Assembly (NCBI GenBank): GCA_031409335.1
Contig: JANNWY010000121.1
Location: 1-34,293 of the forward strand
Reading direction: 5' to 3'
Length of the DNA stretch: 34,293 nt
DNA from: Chthoniobacteraceae bacterium
GTDB lineage: Bacteria > Verrucomicrobiota > Verrucomicrobiia > Chthoniobacterales > Chthoniobacteraceae
Part shown: positions 16,154 to 25,955 of the stretch, one piece after another
Layout: the number at the start of each line of letters is the position of its first letter
How positions within the stretch are numbered: the first letter of the stretch is position 1
Position numbers and translations under genes: made by a program
The notes under the pieces: generated by a model
Told to the model about the DNA's origin: nothing
The model's input: the letters and a program-made list of their open reading frames with translations, nothing else
Database searches by the model: none

Positions 16154-16906
16154 CTACATCCGCAATTCCCGCTGCCGATACGCCTCGTCCCGGCGTCCTG
16201 CGAGGCTGGCGACTTGCTCGGGCGTGAGAAAAATCGGGCCGCCGAGTGCCGCCGCGCCGAGCCGGATCGCCGCCGCTTTCTCCGCCATCAGCATCGCGCC
16301 CATCACCGCCTGCGGCGTCGCCCCGAGCGCGATCACGCCATGATTTTCCAGCAGGATGATCCGCGGCACGATACCCGTTTCCGCGATGAAAGCGCGCGTC
16401 GCCTCGCGGATCGCGAGCGCGAGCGGCAGGCCGGGATCGCTGTACTGGACAAAGACGGAAGCCGGTCCGCAGCACACGACTTCATCGGGAAAAATACGCC
16501 GGTCCGCCAGCTCGCGGGCGCGCGGCGAGCAGAGCCATTGATTGCACGCGACGGGATGCGCGTGCCCGACGAATGCGACGCCATCGAGCGTCAGCAGCCA
16601 CGCGTGAAAAAGCGCCTCGATGCTCGGTCGCTTCGCCGCCGGATCGATGCGCGCCGCCAGCAGCGCCGCTTCCATTCCCTCTTCGTCGAGAGCTGTCGCA
16701 TCGAAAAGCGCGAGCAACATTTGCTGATCGCACACCGTCAGATCATCCGCCCTCAGCGTCCCCAGCGAACACCCGCTCGCCTTCACCGCAAATCGTCCGC
16801 CATCCATCCGCGCCGAAGTATTCCCCTCGCCCAAAATCGCAAACGGCCGATCCTCGCGCCCAAGTTCATGAGAGAGTTGCAGCAAGGCAGCGAGTGGGTC
16901 GGACAT
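16154..16906 (-). CDS. Class II aldolase/adducin family protein
   Basis: GEGNTS, VKASG, RPSIEALFH, GHAHP, LENHG Zn-binding motifs. Confidence 0.9.
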   Translation of the reverse strand: MSDPLAALLQLSHELGREDRPFAILGEGNTSARMDGGRFAVKASGCSLGTLRADDLTVCDQQMLLALFDATALDEEGMEAALLAARIDPAAKRPSIEALFHAWLLTLDGVAFVGHAHPVACNQWLCSPRARELADRRIFPDEVVCCGPASVFVQYSDPGLPLALAIREATRAFIAETGIVPRIILLENHGVIALGATPQAVMGAMLMAEKAAAIRLGAAALGGPIFLTPEQVASLAGRRDEAYRQRELRM

Positions 16907-16963
16907 GCCGCGATTGGAGCGCATTGAAATGTCGCGGGCAAGCTCGCGCAGGCCAATCGCATC

Positions 16964-17090
16964 TTAACAGCCTGTTGCAAAACTCATGGCTCCTCACGCA
17001 AAGCGCGCAAAGGCCGCAAAGGTTCTCTGATGAAGTTCCTCTTTGCGCCCTTTGCGATCTTTGCGTGAGGCTTTTTCAACAAGCTGTCAA
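16964..17090. mobile_element. MITE-like element with terminal inverted repeats and internal cgcaaag/ctttgcg 9-nt-period hairpin
   Basis: Ends ttaacagcctgttgcaaaa and tttttcaacaagctgtcaa; internal cctcacgcaaagcgcgcaaaggccgcaaag pairs with ctttgcgccctttgcgatctttgcgtgagg. Confidence 0.65.
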
Positions 17091-17143
17091 TAGGTGGCAA
17101 CACTCATCTGCAAAGAATGGTCGCGCAGCCGCAGCTCAGTGCC

Positions 17144-17168
17144 TCATGCGGCTCCCCGCATGAGCCAC
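17144..17168 (-). repeat. REP-like palindrome, copy 2
   Basis: tcatgcggctccccgcatgagccac; matches 46-70. Confidence 0.6.
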
Positions 17169-17248
17169 AAGCTGCGCCGGGCGCTCGCATCTTGATGCGA
17201 TCGGGACTTTCCCGGGAGGCGACGACGCTTCATCGTCCGCGCATTCCC

Positions 17249-18432
17249 ATGAAGCCGCCCGCCCGGATTTCCGCCTTCGCCGTTTGTGGCATCATTGGAT
17301 GGTTTGCGTCCGGGAAATGGACCGCGCCAAATCTTCCAGCCCCGCAGCCAGCAGCGGCGCCGCGCTCGATCACATCGAGATCGTGCCGCCAAGCAGCGGC
17401 GAGCATTTTCCGCAGAACGGATATTGGGTTTCGGAGAGCGATGTCGGCTCACAAGTTTTGAGCGAAGCGGCCTCGCGAGATTGGGATGGGACGTTGCGGT
17501 GGCTGCGCGAGCATCCCGAAAACGCCGTGAACTTTCACAGCCTGGGAGGCGCCTTGGGCAAAAGACTTACCGCAGACTTCACCGCAACGCTGCGCTCAGT
17601 CGCAAACAGCGACGTTCCTGGGCTGAACGACGCGCTCCGTTACGCTCTATCGATTGATGGCTACGAACAGCGCGACCGCATCTCGTTCTGGCTCGATCAA
17701 CAACCCGCCAGCGACTTCACGCGATCCGTGCGCGGATCATTGCTCGAAGCGATCACAGACAAAGCACCGGACACAGCTCTGGATTATTTGGATCGCGTGC
17801 CCGATCTGCCGGAAGATCGCAAATTGATCGAGGATGGATCGAGGAACCTCCTCAACGGAAGGAACGCGATGAACCGCTTCGAGGATTTTCTCGCGAATGC
17901 TTCGCCAAAAATGCGGCCCTATTTGATCGAGGCTGCGCTGTCCGGCTACGAAGGGATCGGTGCCGACGCACCGCGCTGGGCGGATCGCATCGCTGAACTG
18001 CCCGCTGACCGGCAGGGCAAAGCCATCGCCGGGCTTGCCCGCACTTGGGCCGGTGCCGATCCGCAGGCTGCGATCCAATGGGCGCTCGCTCAGCCCGATC
18101 CCGCGAATCGCGACGCCGCGCTGAATGCGTCCGCGAAGACGTGGGCTGCGGGCGATCTTCGCGAAGCCGCCGCGTGGATCAACGCGCAGCCCGTGGGAAT
18201 AAACCGCGATGTGGCCACGCGCGGTCTCGTCGCGGGCATCGCGCATTCGCAGCCGGAGAGCGCGTGGACTTGGGCGTTGAGCATCCAGACTCCCGCGCAA
18301 AAAGTCGGCGCGCTGCAATCGGCATACGCCGGGCTTCGCAACAAGGATTTCGGGATGGCGGAACAACTCCTGCAAAGCGCCCACCTCCCGCCAGCCGACG
18401 CGAAAACCGTGCGGCAACCACCGCCAAGGTGA
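17249..18432 (+). pseudogene. Frameshifted membrane-anchored helical-repeat protein (WAxxDPxAAxxW repeats)
   Basis: Anchor MKPPARISAFAVCGIIGWFASG is in one frame and the repeat body (WAGADPQAAIQW, WAAGDLREAAAW) is in another; junction at about 17345-17400. Confidence 0.7.
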
Positions 18433-18439
18433 CGACGCC

Positions 18440-20066
18440 ATGAATCGCGAAACGCTTCAAACGCTCGGCGGATGCGGCATCGCGCTGGCTCTCGGCTTTT
18501 TCGCCGGCCGCCTGCGATCGCCATCCACCGACCGCGCACGGCCCGCGGATATCGCTGCGCAATCTTTCCCCGTCACCGAGGCTCAACGCACTGCCGAAGA
18601 AATCTTATCCAAAGCCATCCGCGACGAAACCGGCGCGCAACGCTGGATGACTCTGCTTTCCGCTGCGGAAAATGCGACTGCGCCGGACCTGCCGCGACTC
18701 ATCCGCACCGCGGACAAAGATGAACCGATGCTGCGGATGCTCGCCGCGCGCTGGGCTGAACTCGATCCGAAGCACATGCTCCACACGCTCTACGCGGATG
18801 CGCTGCTGCCATTTGGCGTGCCGGAACGGCTGCCGGGCACCGCGATTTTGCGCGACGTGCTGCTGGAGGAATGGACGAAGAGCGATCTCGCGGGAGCGGT
18901 CGCGGCGCTAAACGACGTGCCCGAGTTTTCAATTGCGCGGAAACTTTCGCCAGTCGCTCGCAAATTCCGTGATGCAAGCCGACGTGGAGCACGGCCTGCG
19001 GCTGATGAGCGAGTGGAAGGTCAGCCTCATTTCCGATCTCGGAAAAATCACCGCGTGGGCCGAACGCGATCCCCGGCACGCGGCTGAAGTCGCGCTGCCG
19101 TTGAGCGGATTTCACAGCGGACAGGCGTTGCTGAAAGAAGTCGGGAAAGCGTGGGCGAAAGGCAATCCGGCGGAGGGATTGAAGTATGCGGAAGGGCTCG
19201 CGCAGGGTTCGCGCAAAAGTCTCGGTGGCGAGATCATCGAGCGCTGGGCCGAGCGCGATCTCGCGGCGGCGGTCGCATTCGCGGAGGCGCAGCCGGATGC
19301 GATGCGCGCATCGCTCGCGGGGGGACTCGTCGCGACTTGGGGAAAGGGCGATCCCGCCGCCGCGCTCGCGTGGAGCCAGCAGAATCTCAAGGGCAACACG
19401 CGCACTGAAGTCATCGGAAATCTTGTGACCGCTTTCGCCGAAAAAGACCTCGCGGCGGCTGGCGGGCTCGTCGCCAGCATGGAACCCGGCGCCGCGCAAA
19501 ACCGTGCGACCACCGCGATCGTCGAGACCTGGATCAAAAAGGGAGCGAGCGAGCGGGCGGCTGCATTCGAGTGGCTCGCGGGTGTGCCGGACGCGGAGGC
19601 ACGGCGCGCGGCGATTGAAAAAGTGGCGTGGACATGGGCGGTCGGCGATCCGGCGGCGGCGCGCGATTTTCTCGCAGGCCCTCACGGCAGCATGGCTTCG
19701 CCAAATACCATCCGCCTTGTCACCAGCATCCAGGCGGGGACAAATCCCGAGGCGACGATGGAATGGGCAAACACGCTCCCCGCCGACCGCCGCGAAACCG
19801 CGCGCAACGCCGCGCTGGACGGCTGGCTTCAGTCCCGCCCGGAAGGCGCGACCGCATTTACCCGCGCGCTTCCCGCCGGCCCGGAACGTGCGCGCGCCAT
19901 CGAGACGGTCTCGTAAAGGCTCGCCTATCAATCGCCGGAACTCGCCGCGAAATGGGTCCGCGAACTCCCTTCATCCGAACAGCAAACGGCTCGCGAAATT
20001 TTCGAGCGCACGGATTTGTCCGACGAAAAGCGCGCGCAACTCAACAAGGCGCTGGAGAACCTTTGA
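18440..20066 (+). pseudogene. Second helical-repeat protein gene with a frameshift and a premature stop
   Basis: Frame change near 18930-18945; in-frame TAA at 19914-19916 is followed by protein-like RLAYQSPELAAKWVRELP...LNKALENL ending TGA at 20066. Confidence 0.8.
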
Positions 20067-20069
20067 CGC

Positions 20070-20154
20070 GCCGTGGCTTGCCGCTCCAGCGGCGAGCGGG
20101 TCACGTGGAGGGCGACCGCTTTTCCCACTCGCCGCTGGAGCGGCGAGCCACGGC
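20070..20154. repeat. REP doublet (REPIN-like) 31-bp inverted repeat between convergent genes
   Basis: 20070-20100 and 20124-20154 are complementary at 29/31 positions; each arm is GTGGC plus an internal palindrome tygccgct-cc-agcggcga. Confidence 0.85.
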
Positions 20155-20188
20155 CCCCGCGGGAACCGCCATTCTCGCGCCCGTAAAA

Positions 20189-21196
20189 CTACGGCTGCTT
20201 TTCCAGCGCATCCCTTTCCGCGTCGCGTTTCACGCGTTCTTTCTTCACCGCGTCCACCGTCTGCTTCCGCACTCGGTCGATGGTCGAAAGGAATTCGGTC
20301 AGCGCCTTTTCCATTTCGGGCGAACGTTTCTGCACTTCCTGCTGGGCGATGCCCGCGTCCTTCATGGCATCGCGAATCACCGCCGTCGTTTCCTTCAGCG
20401 ACCGCGTCGCCTGATCGATCAGTTTGTCGTCGATCTTCGCTTCGCGCAGCGCCTTCACGAGTTTTTCTACCGCCTCGTGCTCGACGTTATTCGACGCCAT
20501 CACCTTTCCATCCTTGTCGAGGATCAGCGCGCGGGACTGATTTAGAAACGATCCCGAGTTACCAAGTTTCGACAGCCATTTGTTTTCCGCCACATCCGTC
20601 TCCAGGTGCGTCGTGAGTTTCACATCGAGCGTGTTTTGCTGGCCCTTGCGGAAATACGTGACCTTCACCATTTCCCCGTCCTTCTTCGCGGCGATGAGCT
20701 CGCGAACTTGATTGAGATCGCTGACGAGGCTGTCGTCGATCTTCGTCAGCACGTCATTCTTTTGCAGACCGGCTTTCTGCGCGGGACTGTCCGGCAGAAT
20801 CGTCCCCACGACAACGCCGGTGCCAGGTTCGATCGGCAATTGCGCACTGAGTTCTTCCGAGATGGGTTGAAGCGCGACGCCGAGCCACGTCACCGGTTTG
20901 CTCTTCAACGAATACGCCTTCCTGACGCCTCCCGTGACGATCGTTTCGCCGTCTCCCACCACGATCGAGTCGCCGTCTTTGTTGATCGTCGTCACCTTGA
21001 TTTCCGTCCCGCTGCCGAGGTCGATTTCGCGCGTCTCTTTTTTCCCGTTCACGTCGATGGTGATCGTCGCCTTGCCCGTTTTCCCGGACGTGACTGTGTT
21101 GAAATTCGATTCGCTTTTGCTCTCCGCTTCCGCGGCAAAAGCAGCGCTGGTGAGCAGGGCGATCGTGGTCGTGAGGATGGATGGATTTAGTTTCAT
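20189..21196 (-). CDS. Exported PDZ-domain protein without a protease domain
   Basis: Signal peptide (AAFA); WLGVAL...GVVVGTILPDSPAQKAGLQKNDVLTKIDD is a PDZ domain; helical C-terminal tail. Confidence 0.88.
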   Translation of the reverse strand: MKLNPSILTTTIALLTSAAFAAEAESKSESNFNTVTSGKTGKATITIDVNGKKETREIDLGSGTEIKVTTINKDGDSIVVGDGETIVTGGVRKAYSLKSKPVTWLGVALQPISEELSAQLPIEPGTGVVVGTILPDSPAQKAGLQKNDVLTKIDDSLVSDLNQVRELIAAKKDGEMVKVTYFRKGQQNTLDVKLTTHLETDVAENKWLSKLGNSGSFLNQSRALILDKDGKVMASNNVEHEAVEKLVKALREAKIDDKLIDQATRSLKETTAVIRDAMKDAGIAQQEVQKRSPEMEKALTEFLSTIDRVRKQTVDAVKKERVKRDAERDALEKQP

Positions 21197-21210
21197 GTGA
21201 GTTTGTGGAT

Positions 21211-21648
21211 TCAGAAAATTTCGAGCGCGACGGGGATGATTTCGCTCCGCGGCTCGCGGCGGCGCAGCGTCGATTTTCCGTCATCCCCGGCGTACGTCGT
21301 GTCATCAAGCCAAGTCGTGCGAACGAGCCGGTAGGGCCGCGCCGGATCGTGATCGACCAGCGCGACATCGCGGACTTCGAGCAGCGTGCTCGTCTGGTCG
21401 ATCGGCAGGAAAACGCGCACATCCGCCGGACTCGCGCTGCTCGCGATCGGTGGTGGAGCCGCGGGTTCGCGGTTCACGAAAAACGCCAGCGCCAGCGCGG
21501 CGGCGGCGCTGAGTGGGATCGCAAACCAAACCAGGCGGACTTTTCCCGGCGCGGGTGGCGCGGCAGCGAGCAGCGCGCGCATCCGCTCTGGCGCAGGCGC
21601 GGCGGGTCGCAGCGCACGCAGCCGTTGTTCGAGATCGTCGTCGCTCAC
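21211..21648 (-). CDS. Putative anti-sigma factor (single TM)
   Basis: GTG start overlaps the sigma stop (GTGA); DDLEQRLRALRP N-terminus, then TM WFAIPLSAAAALALAFFV. Confidence 0.7.
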   Translation of the reverse strand: MSDDDLEQRLRALRPAAPAPERMRALLAAAPPAPGKVRLVWFAIPLSAAAALALAFFVNREPAAPPPIASSASPADVRVFLPIDQTSTLLEVRDVALVDHDPARPYRLVRTTWLDDTTYAGDDGKSTLRRREPRSEIIPVALEIF

Positions 21649-22130
21649 GAGCGCACCTCCTTTAGCGCAGCGCGCAGATGCTCGAGCGCGTACCGATAGC
21701 GCGAGGCTGCGGTATTCAGCGGGATGCCCAGCGTGTCGGCGATTTGTTGAAAGGTGAGTTCGCTCCACGTTTTGAGGATCACGACTTCGCGCAGATGAGC
21801 GGGCAATTCTTTCACGGCGTGTTCGAGTGCATCGTCGTGCGCCGACTCGCCGACGGGGGCCTGGAACCACTCCGGCGCGGCGAGTTCGCGGAGTTCACGG
21901 CGGTCATTTCGCCGCCCGAGATCGATCGCGCGCCGGCGGATGGTGGCGAAGACGAGCGCGTGATCCGGCGTCCGTCCCCCGCCCCGCCGCCACACTTCCA
22001 CGAGCGCGTCCTGGAGCACGTCCTGCGCGTCGGCTTCGCTCCGGGTTTGATCGCGGGCAAAGAGCAGGAAGCGGCGCGCATGGGCTTCGAGCCAGGTGCG
22101 CCAGAGATGGGGATTTTCAGGAATGTCCAC
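21645..22130 (-). CDS. ECF RNA polymerase sigma factor
   Basis: Region 2 DAQDVLQDAL...IRRRAIDLGRR; region 4 LPAHLREVVILKTWSELTFQQIADTLGIPLNTAASRYRYA. Confidence 0.93.
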   Translation of the reverse strand: MDIPENPHLWRTWLEAHARRFLLFARDQTRSEADAQDVLQDALVEVWRRGGGRTPDHALVFATIRRRAIDLGRRNDRRELRELAAPEWFQAPVGESAHDDALEHAVKELPAHLREVVILKTWSELTFQQIADTLGIPLNTAASRYRYALEHLRAALKEVRS

Positions 22131-22269
22131 GCGTCGTGCATTGGCAGTTTCGACTGGGTAAGCGAAGCCGTCTGCCGTTTTTGTCTGTACTCCGCGAGAT
22201 TTTTTCGCTGAGCGAAAATGTCCGCGCAGCGCTTGCGGTCACCGTCCCCGGTCGGGCAAGTTCCCCGCC

Positions 22270-23832
22270 ATGCAAAGCCAGCCATCCGAATCCACGCGCA
22301 CCGCAAAAGGCCACCGCTTCGGCTTTCTAAAAGTAGCCGCCGTGCTCGTCCAGGTCGCACTGCTGGTGGTGTACTTCTGGCCGGAACTGGAGCGCAACTT
22401 CCAAGGCTGGCTTTACCTTTTGATCGGCAGCATCGCCGTCGTGCTCGTGCTGATCTGGTTCACATTTCTCAGCCGGTTGCGCTGGTTCGTGCGCGTGCCC
22501 GGCCTCGCCCTCGTCGGACTCGCAGTGTATGGCCTTCCCAAAATCTTTCGCACTGATGGGTCGTCGAGCGGAGTCGGAGTTCCCAAGCTCGCGTGGAAAT
22601 GGACGCCGCCGCGCCCGCCCGCACCCGATCTTGCGCCGGTTGCCTCACTGCCGCCCGCCGTCGCCGCAAACATCCCCGACGTGCCGCAGTTCTTCGGCCC
22701 AAATCGCGATGGCATCGTGACCGGCGCAAAGCTGGCGCGGGACTGGAAAACGACGCCGCCGAAACAGCTCTGGCGTCAACCCATCGGCACTGGCTGGTCC
22801 GCATTCGCCGTCGCAGGCGGACGCGCTTTCACGCAGGAGCAGCGCGGGGAAAATGAAGCGGTCACCTGTTACGACGTACTAACTGGAAAGCTGATCTGGA
22901 CGCACACCAACCCCGCGCATTTCACCCAATGGCAGGGCGGCAATGGCCCGCGCGCGACGCCGACGGTGCATCGCGGACAGGTCTATGCGTATGGCGCGAC
23001 GGGCATCCTTGACTGCCTCGATGCGGCGACTGGCCGGCGTGTGTGGTCGCGCGAAGTTTTGAAGGAAAACAAACTCTCGAACATCGAATGGGGCACGTGC
23101 TCGTCGCCGCTCGTCTTCGATGAAACGGTGGTCGTCACCGGCGGCAACGAACGCGGCCCGACGGTGCTCGCATTCATCGCCGCGACTGGCGAACCGCTCT
23201 GGCGCGGCGGCACCGATCGCGCGAGCTACTCATCGCCGATCCTCGCGACGCTCTCCGGACGCCGCGTCATCCTTTCGCTGAACGCCGCATCATTCACCGC
23301 GCACGATCTCGTCTCGGGTGAAACCGTGCTCAGTTTCCCCTGGCCCGGCGAATTTCCCAAAGCAGGCCAGCCCGTCGTGCTCCCCGGCGACCGCGTCTTC
23401 CTCGCCGCCGGATACGGCCTCGGCTGCATGATGCTCCAGATCAAACCCGGCCTGGGAAATCAACTCACCGCGACGCAGCTCTGGAGAAGCATGCGCATGA
23501 AAAATCAGTTCAACAGCGTGGCCGTGCGCGACGGAAATATCTACGGGCTCGACGACGGCCTGCTCGCCTGCGTCTCCGCGGAAACTGGCGAGCGAAAATG
23601 GAAAAGCGGCCGCTACGGTTCCGGCCAGTCGCTGCTCGTCGATGACCTCGTCCTCATCCAAAGCGAGCCCGGCCCCATCGTCCTCGCCGAAGCAAAACCG
23701 GAAGCATTCCAAGAGCTGGGCCGCATCGACGCTCTCAGCAGCAAAACGTGGAATCACCCCACGCTGGCTGGCAGATATCTGCTCGTGCGGAACGATCAGG
23801 AAGCCGCCTGCTACGAACTTCCCGTGCAGTGA
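22270..23832 (+). CDS. Membrane-anchored PQQ-like (BamB-like) beta-propeller protein
   Basis: Three N-terminal TM segments; PQFFGPNRDG, GPRATP, CLDAATGRRVW, SYSSP, KTWNHP motifs. Confidence 0.88.
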   Translation: MQSQPSESTRTAKGHRFGFLKVAAVLVQVALLVVYFWPELERNFQGWLYLLIGSIAVVLVLIWFTFLSRLRWFVRVPGLALVGLAVYGLPKIFRTDGSSSGVGVPKLAWKWTPPRPPAPDLAPVASLPPAVAANIPDVPQFFGPNRDGIVTGAKLARDWKTTPPKQLWRQPIGTGWSAFAVAGGRAFTQEQRGENEAVTCYDVLTGKLIWTHTNPAHFTQWQGGNGPRATPTVHRGQVYAYGATGILDCLDAATGRRVWSREVLKENKLSNIEWGTCSSPLVFDETVVVTGGNERGPTVLAFIAATGEPLWRGGTDRASYSSPILATLSGRRVILSLNAASFTAHDLVSGETVLSFPWPGEFPKAGQPVVLPGDRVFLAAGYGLGCMMLQIKPGLGNQLTATQLWRSMRMKNQFNSVAVRDGNIYGLDDGLLACVSAETGERKWKSGRYGSGQSLLVDDLVLIQSEPGPIVLAEAKPEAFQELGRIDALSSKTWNHPTLAGRYLLVRNDQEAACYELPVQ

Positions 23833-23872
23833 AAGCGCGAATGCCGGGAACGCTCATCGCGGACGTTCTAGC

Positions 23873-25222
23873 CTAAACTGTCTCCGCCGTCGGATGCACC
23901 CACGGCGCGCGGTACGGGCGCGTGAGCAGGCGATTTGCCTCATCGTCGCCAACGACTTTGAACGCCGCAGGATCCCACGTTAGCGTGCGACCGAGTTGCA
24001 TCGCGACGTTCGCCAAAATCGAGGAGGCGCTGGAGATGCAGCCTTCCTCGATGTCGGCGACGGGGCGTCCGCGCGTGGCGATGCAGTTTAGCAAATCCTT
24101 CATGTGGCCGCGCACGGCGGGCGCGCAGTGTTTCTCCAAATCCTTCTCCGTTTTGTCCTCGGGATATTGCTCGAGTTCCATGCCAACATCGCGATGCGCG
24201 GCCTCGCCTTTGCCGCCCTGTGGCGTGAAGTCGTAGCTGTTCACGCTTGCCTTCAGCGTGCCCTTGTCGCCGTAGAAAGTCGCGGCCCACGGATACTTTT
24301 GATCGGGCGCTTCACCCCATGAGCGGTGCGTCCATTCCACGCGGAGTTCGGGGAACTCGAACGTCGCCGTTTGCGTATCGGTGATGTTTGCCTTACTCGC
24401 CTTGTCCATGAAAATGCCGCCGCTGGAACTGATGCGCGTGGGCCAGCCGAGGTCCATCATCCAGCGCGTCATGTCGAGCATGTGAACGCACATGTCGCCG
24501 ACGATGCCGTTGCCGTATTCCATGAATGCGCGCCAGCTTCGCGGATGCACGAGTTTGTTGTACGGCCGCATCGGCGCGGGGCCGGTCCACATCTCGTAGT
24601 CGAAGCCTTCCGGCGGCGCGATATCCGGCGGATTTTCCCGCGCGCGCATGTGGTAGTAGCAGCAGATTTCCACGAGCCCGACTTTGCCGAGCTTGCCCGC
24701 CTTGATGATCTGTTCGCGCGCTTCGATGAGATGCGGCGTCGAGCGGCGCTGCGTGCCGATTTGCACCACGCGTTTGTATTTCCGCGCCGCCGCCAGCATC
24801 GCCTGGCACTCGGTCACATCGACGCCGGTGGGTTTCTGGCAATACACATCCGCGCCCGCTTTCACCGCCTCGATCATCGGCAGCGCGTGCCAGTGATCCG
24901 GCGTGCCGATGAGCACCACATCGAGATCTTTCTCCTTCAGCATCTCGCGCCAGTCGCCGTACAGACGCGGCTGTTTTTTGGAAACCTGACGCTCGGCGAC
25001 CAGCTTGGCGGCACCCACGAGCATCCGCTTATCCACATCGCAAAGCGACACGACGTCGACCGGCGCGACCTGGATGAGCCGCAGCAAATCGACCTTCCCA
25101 TACCAGCCGCAACCGATCAGCCCGACGCGCTTTTTCTGATCGGCGAAATCGACGGCGTGCGAGCGGAGCGTGGATGCCGCGAAAGCTGCGGCACTGGTGC
25201 GGAGGAACTGGCGGCGGTTCAT
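23873..25222 (-). CDS. Tat-exported Gfo/Idh/MocA oxidoreductase
   Basis: MNRRQFL twin-arginine signal; GLIGCGWYG; TPDHWHA; YCQKP; GTQRRS; DMCVHMLD. Confidence 0.93.
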   Translation of the reverse strand: MNRRQFLRTSAAAFAASTLRSHAVDFADQKKRVGLIGCGWYGKVDLLRLIQVAPVDVVSLCDVDKRMLVGAAKLVAERQVSKKQPRLYGDWREMLKEKDLDVVLIGTPDHWHALPMIEAVKAGADVYCQKPTGVDVTECQAMLAAARKYKRVVQIGTQRRSTPHLIEAREQIIKAGKLGKVGLVEICCYYHMRARENPPDIAPPEGFDYEMWTGPAPMRPYNKLVHPRSWRAFMEYGNGIVGDMCVHMLDMTRWMMDLGWPTRISSSGGIFMDKASKANITDTQTATFEFPELRVEWTHRSWGEAPDQKYPWAATFYGDKGTLKASVNSYDFTPQGGKGEAAHRDVGMELEQYPEDKTEKDLEKHCAPAVRGHMKDLLNCIATRGRPVADIEEGCISSASSILANVAMQLGRTLTWDPAAFKVVGDDEANRLLTRPYRAPWVHPTAETV

Positions 25223-25283
25223 TCGATTCGATTGCCAGACCCGCCTGTGAAACACAATGCAGCAGAATGGTGACTTTTGTGGG

Positions 25284-25952
25284 TCAAGTAGGTTGAAACC
25301 GAGCAATGGCACGAAGCGCGCGGTGCAGACTTCGCGAATGTCTCTCAGCTTCGTCGATGTTCCATTGTTGACGGGCAAAACTGAGCAGCGAGCGTTCAAA
25401 CAGCCGACCCACTTCCGCAGTCGAGCCAGCGCGTGGCACCAAGTTGTTCACCACGTCGGCAGAGGCCGACAATCGTGCGAGCCTCACGATTTCCAGTTTT
25501 GGGTCGGCGATTGATTCGATCAAGGCTGGCAAATGAACAGAATCCACCGAAAGGAAATCCGCGAAGTTTGCTCTGTCCGCGAGCAGCCACGCCTCCACTT
25601 CCTTGACCGCAACGCGAAAGACGAGGTTTCGGCTCCGCCGAATTCCCTTTGGCAGCCAAGTCGGGAGCACGTCTCCGGGACACTGCGCATGGACGTCCAA
25701 ATCCGTCAGGACGAAAACGGGTTCCCCTCTCGCTGCCGCATGATTGAAAGCCGGCAGCCTGACACGGAGCTGCCCGAAACCTGAAAGGCCGCGTGCTTCA
25801 CGCACATTCCGCCGGTTGTAGCGCCCGCCGGGCAATTCTGTTTGAGGATACCGTGCGCCGATCGTGATGTCGCGCCGGGCGTGTTTGATCACACGGCACC
25901 ACACGACCTCGCTCAGCGCGTCCTCAATCGCAATGGCAACGGAAATAGCCAC
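25284..25952 (-). CDS. DUF4276-like / TOPRIM-like putative nuclease partner of the ATPase
   Basis: IEDALSE, LTDLD (DxD) and KEVEAWLLAD motifs; starts 3 nt after the ATPase stop. Confidence 0.7.
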   Translation of the reverse strand: MAISVAIAIEDALSEVVWCRVIKHARRDITIGARYPQTELPGGRYNRRNVREARGLSGFGQLRVRLPAFNHAAARGEPVFVLTDLDVHAQCPGDVLPTWLPKGIRRSRNLVFRVAVKEVEAWLLADRANFADFLSVDSVHLPALIESIADPKLEIVRLARLSASADVVNNLVPRAGSTAEVGRLFERSLLSFARQQWNIDEAERHSRSLHRALRAIARFQPT

Positions 25953-25955
25953 AGC

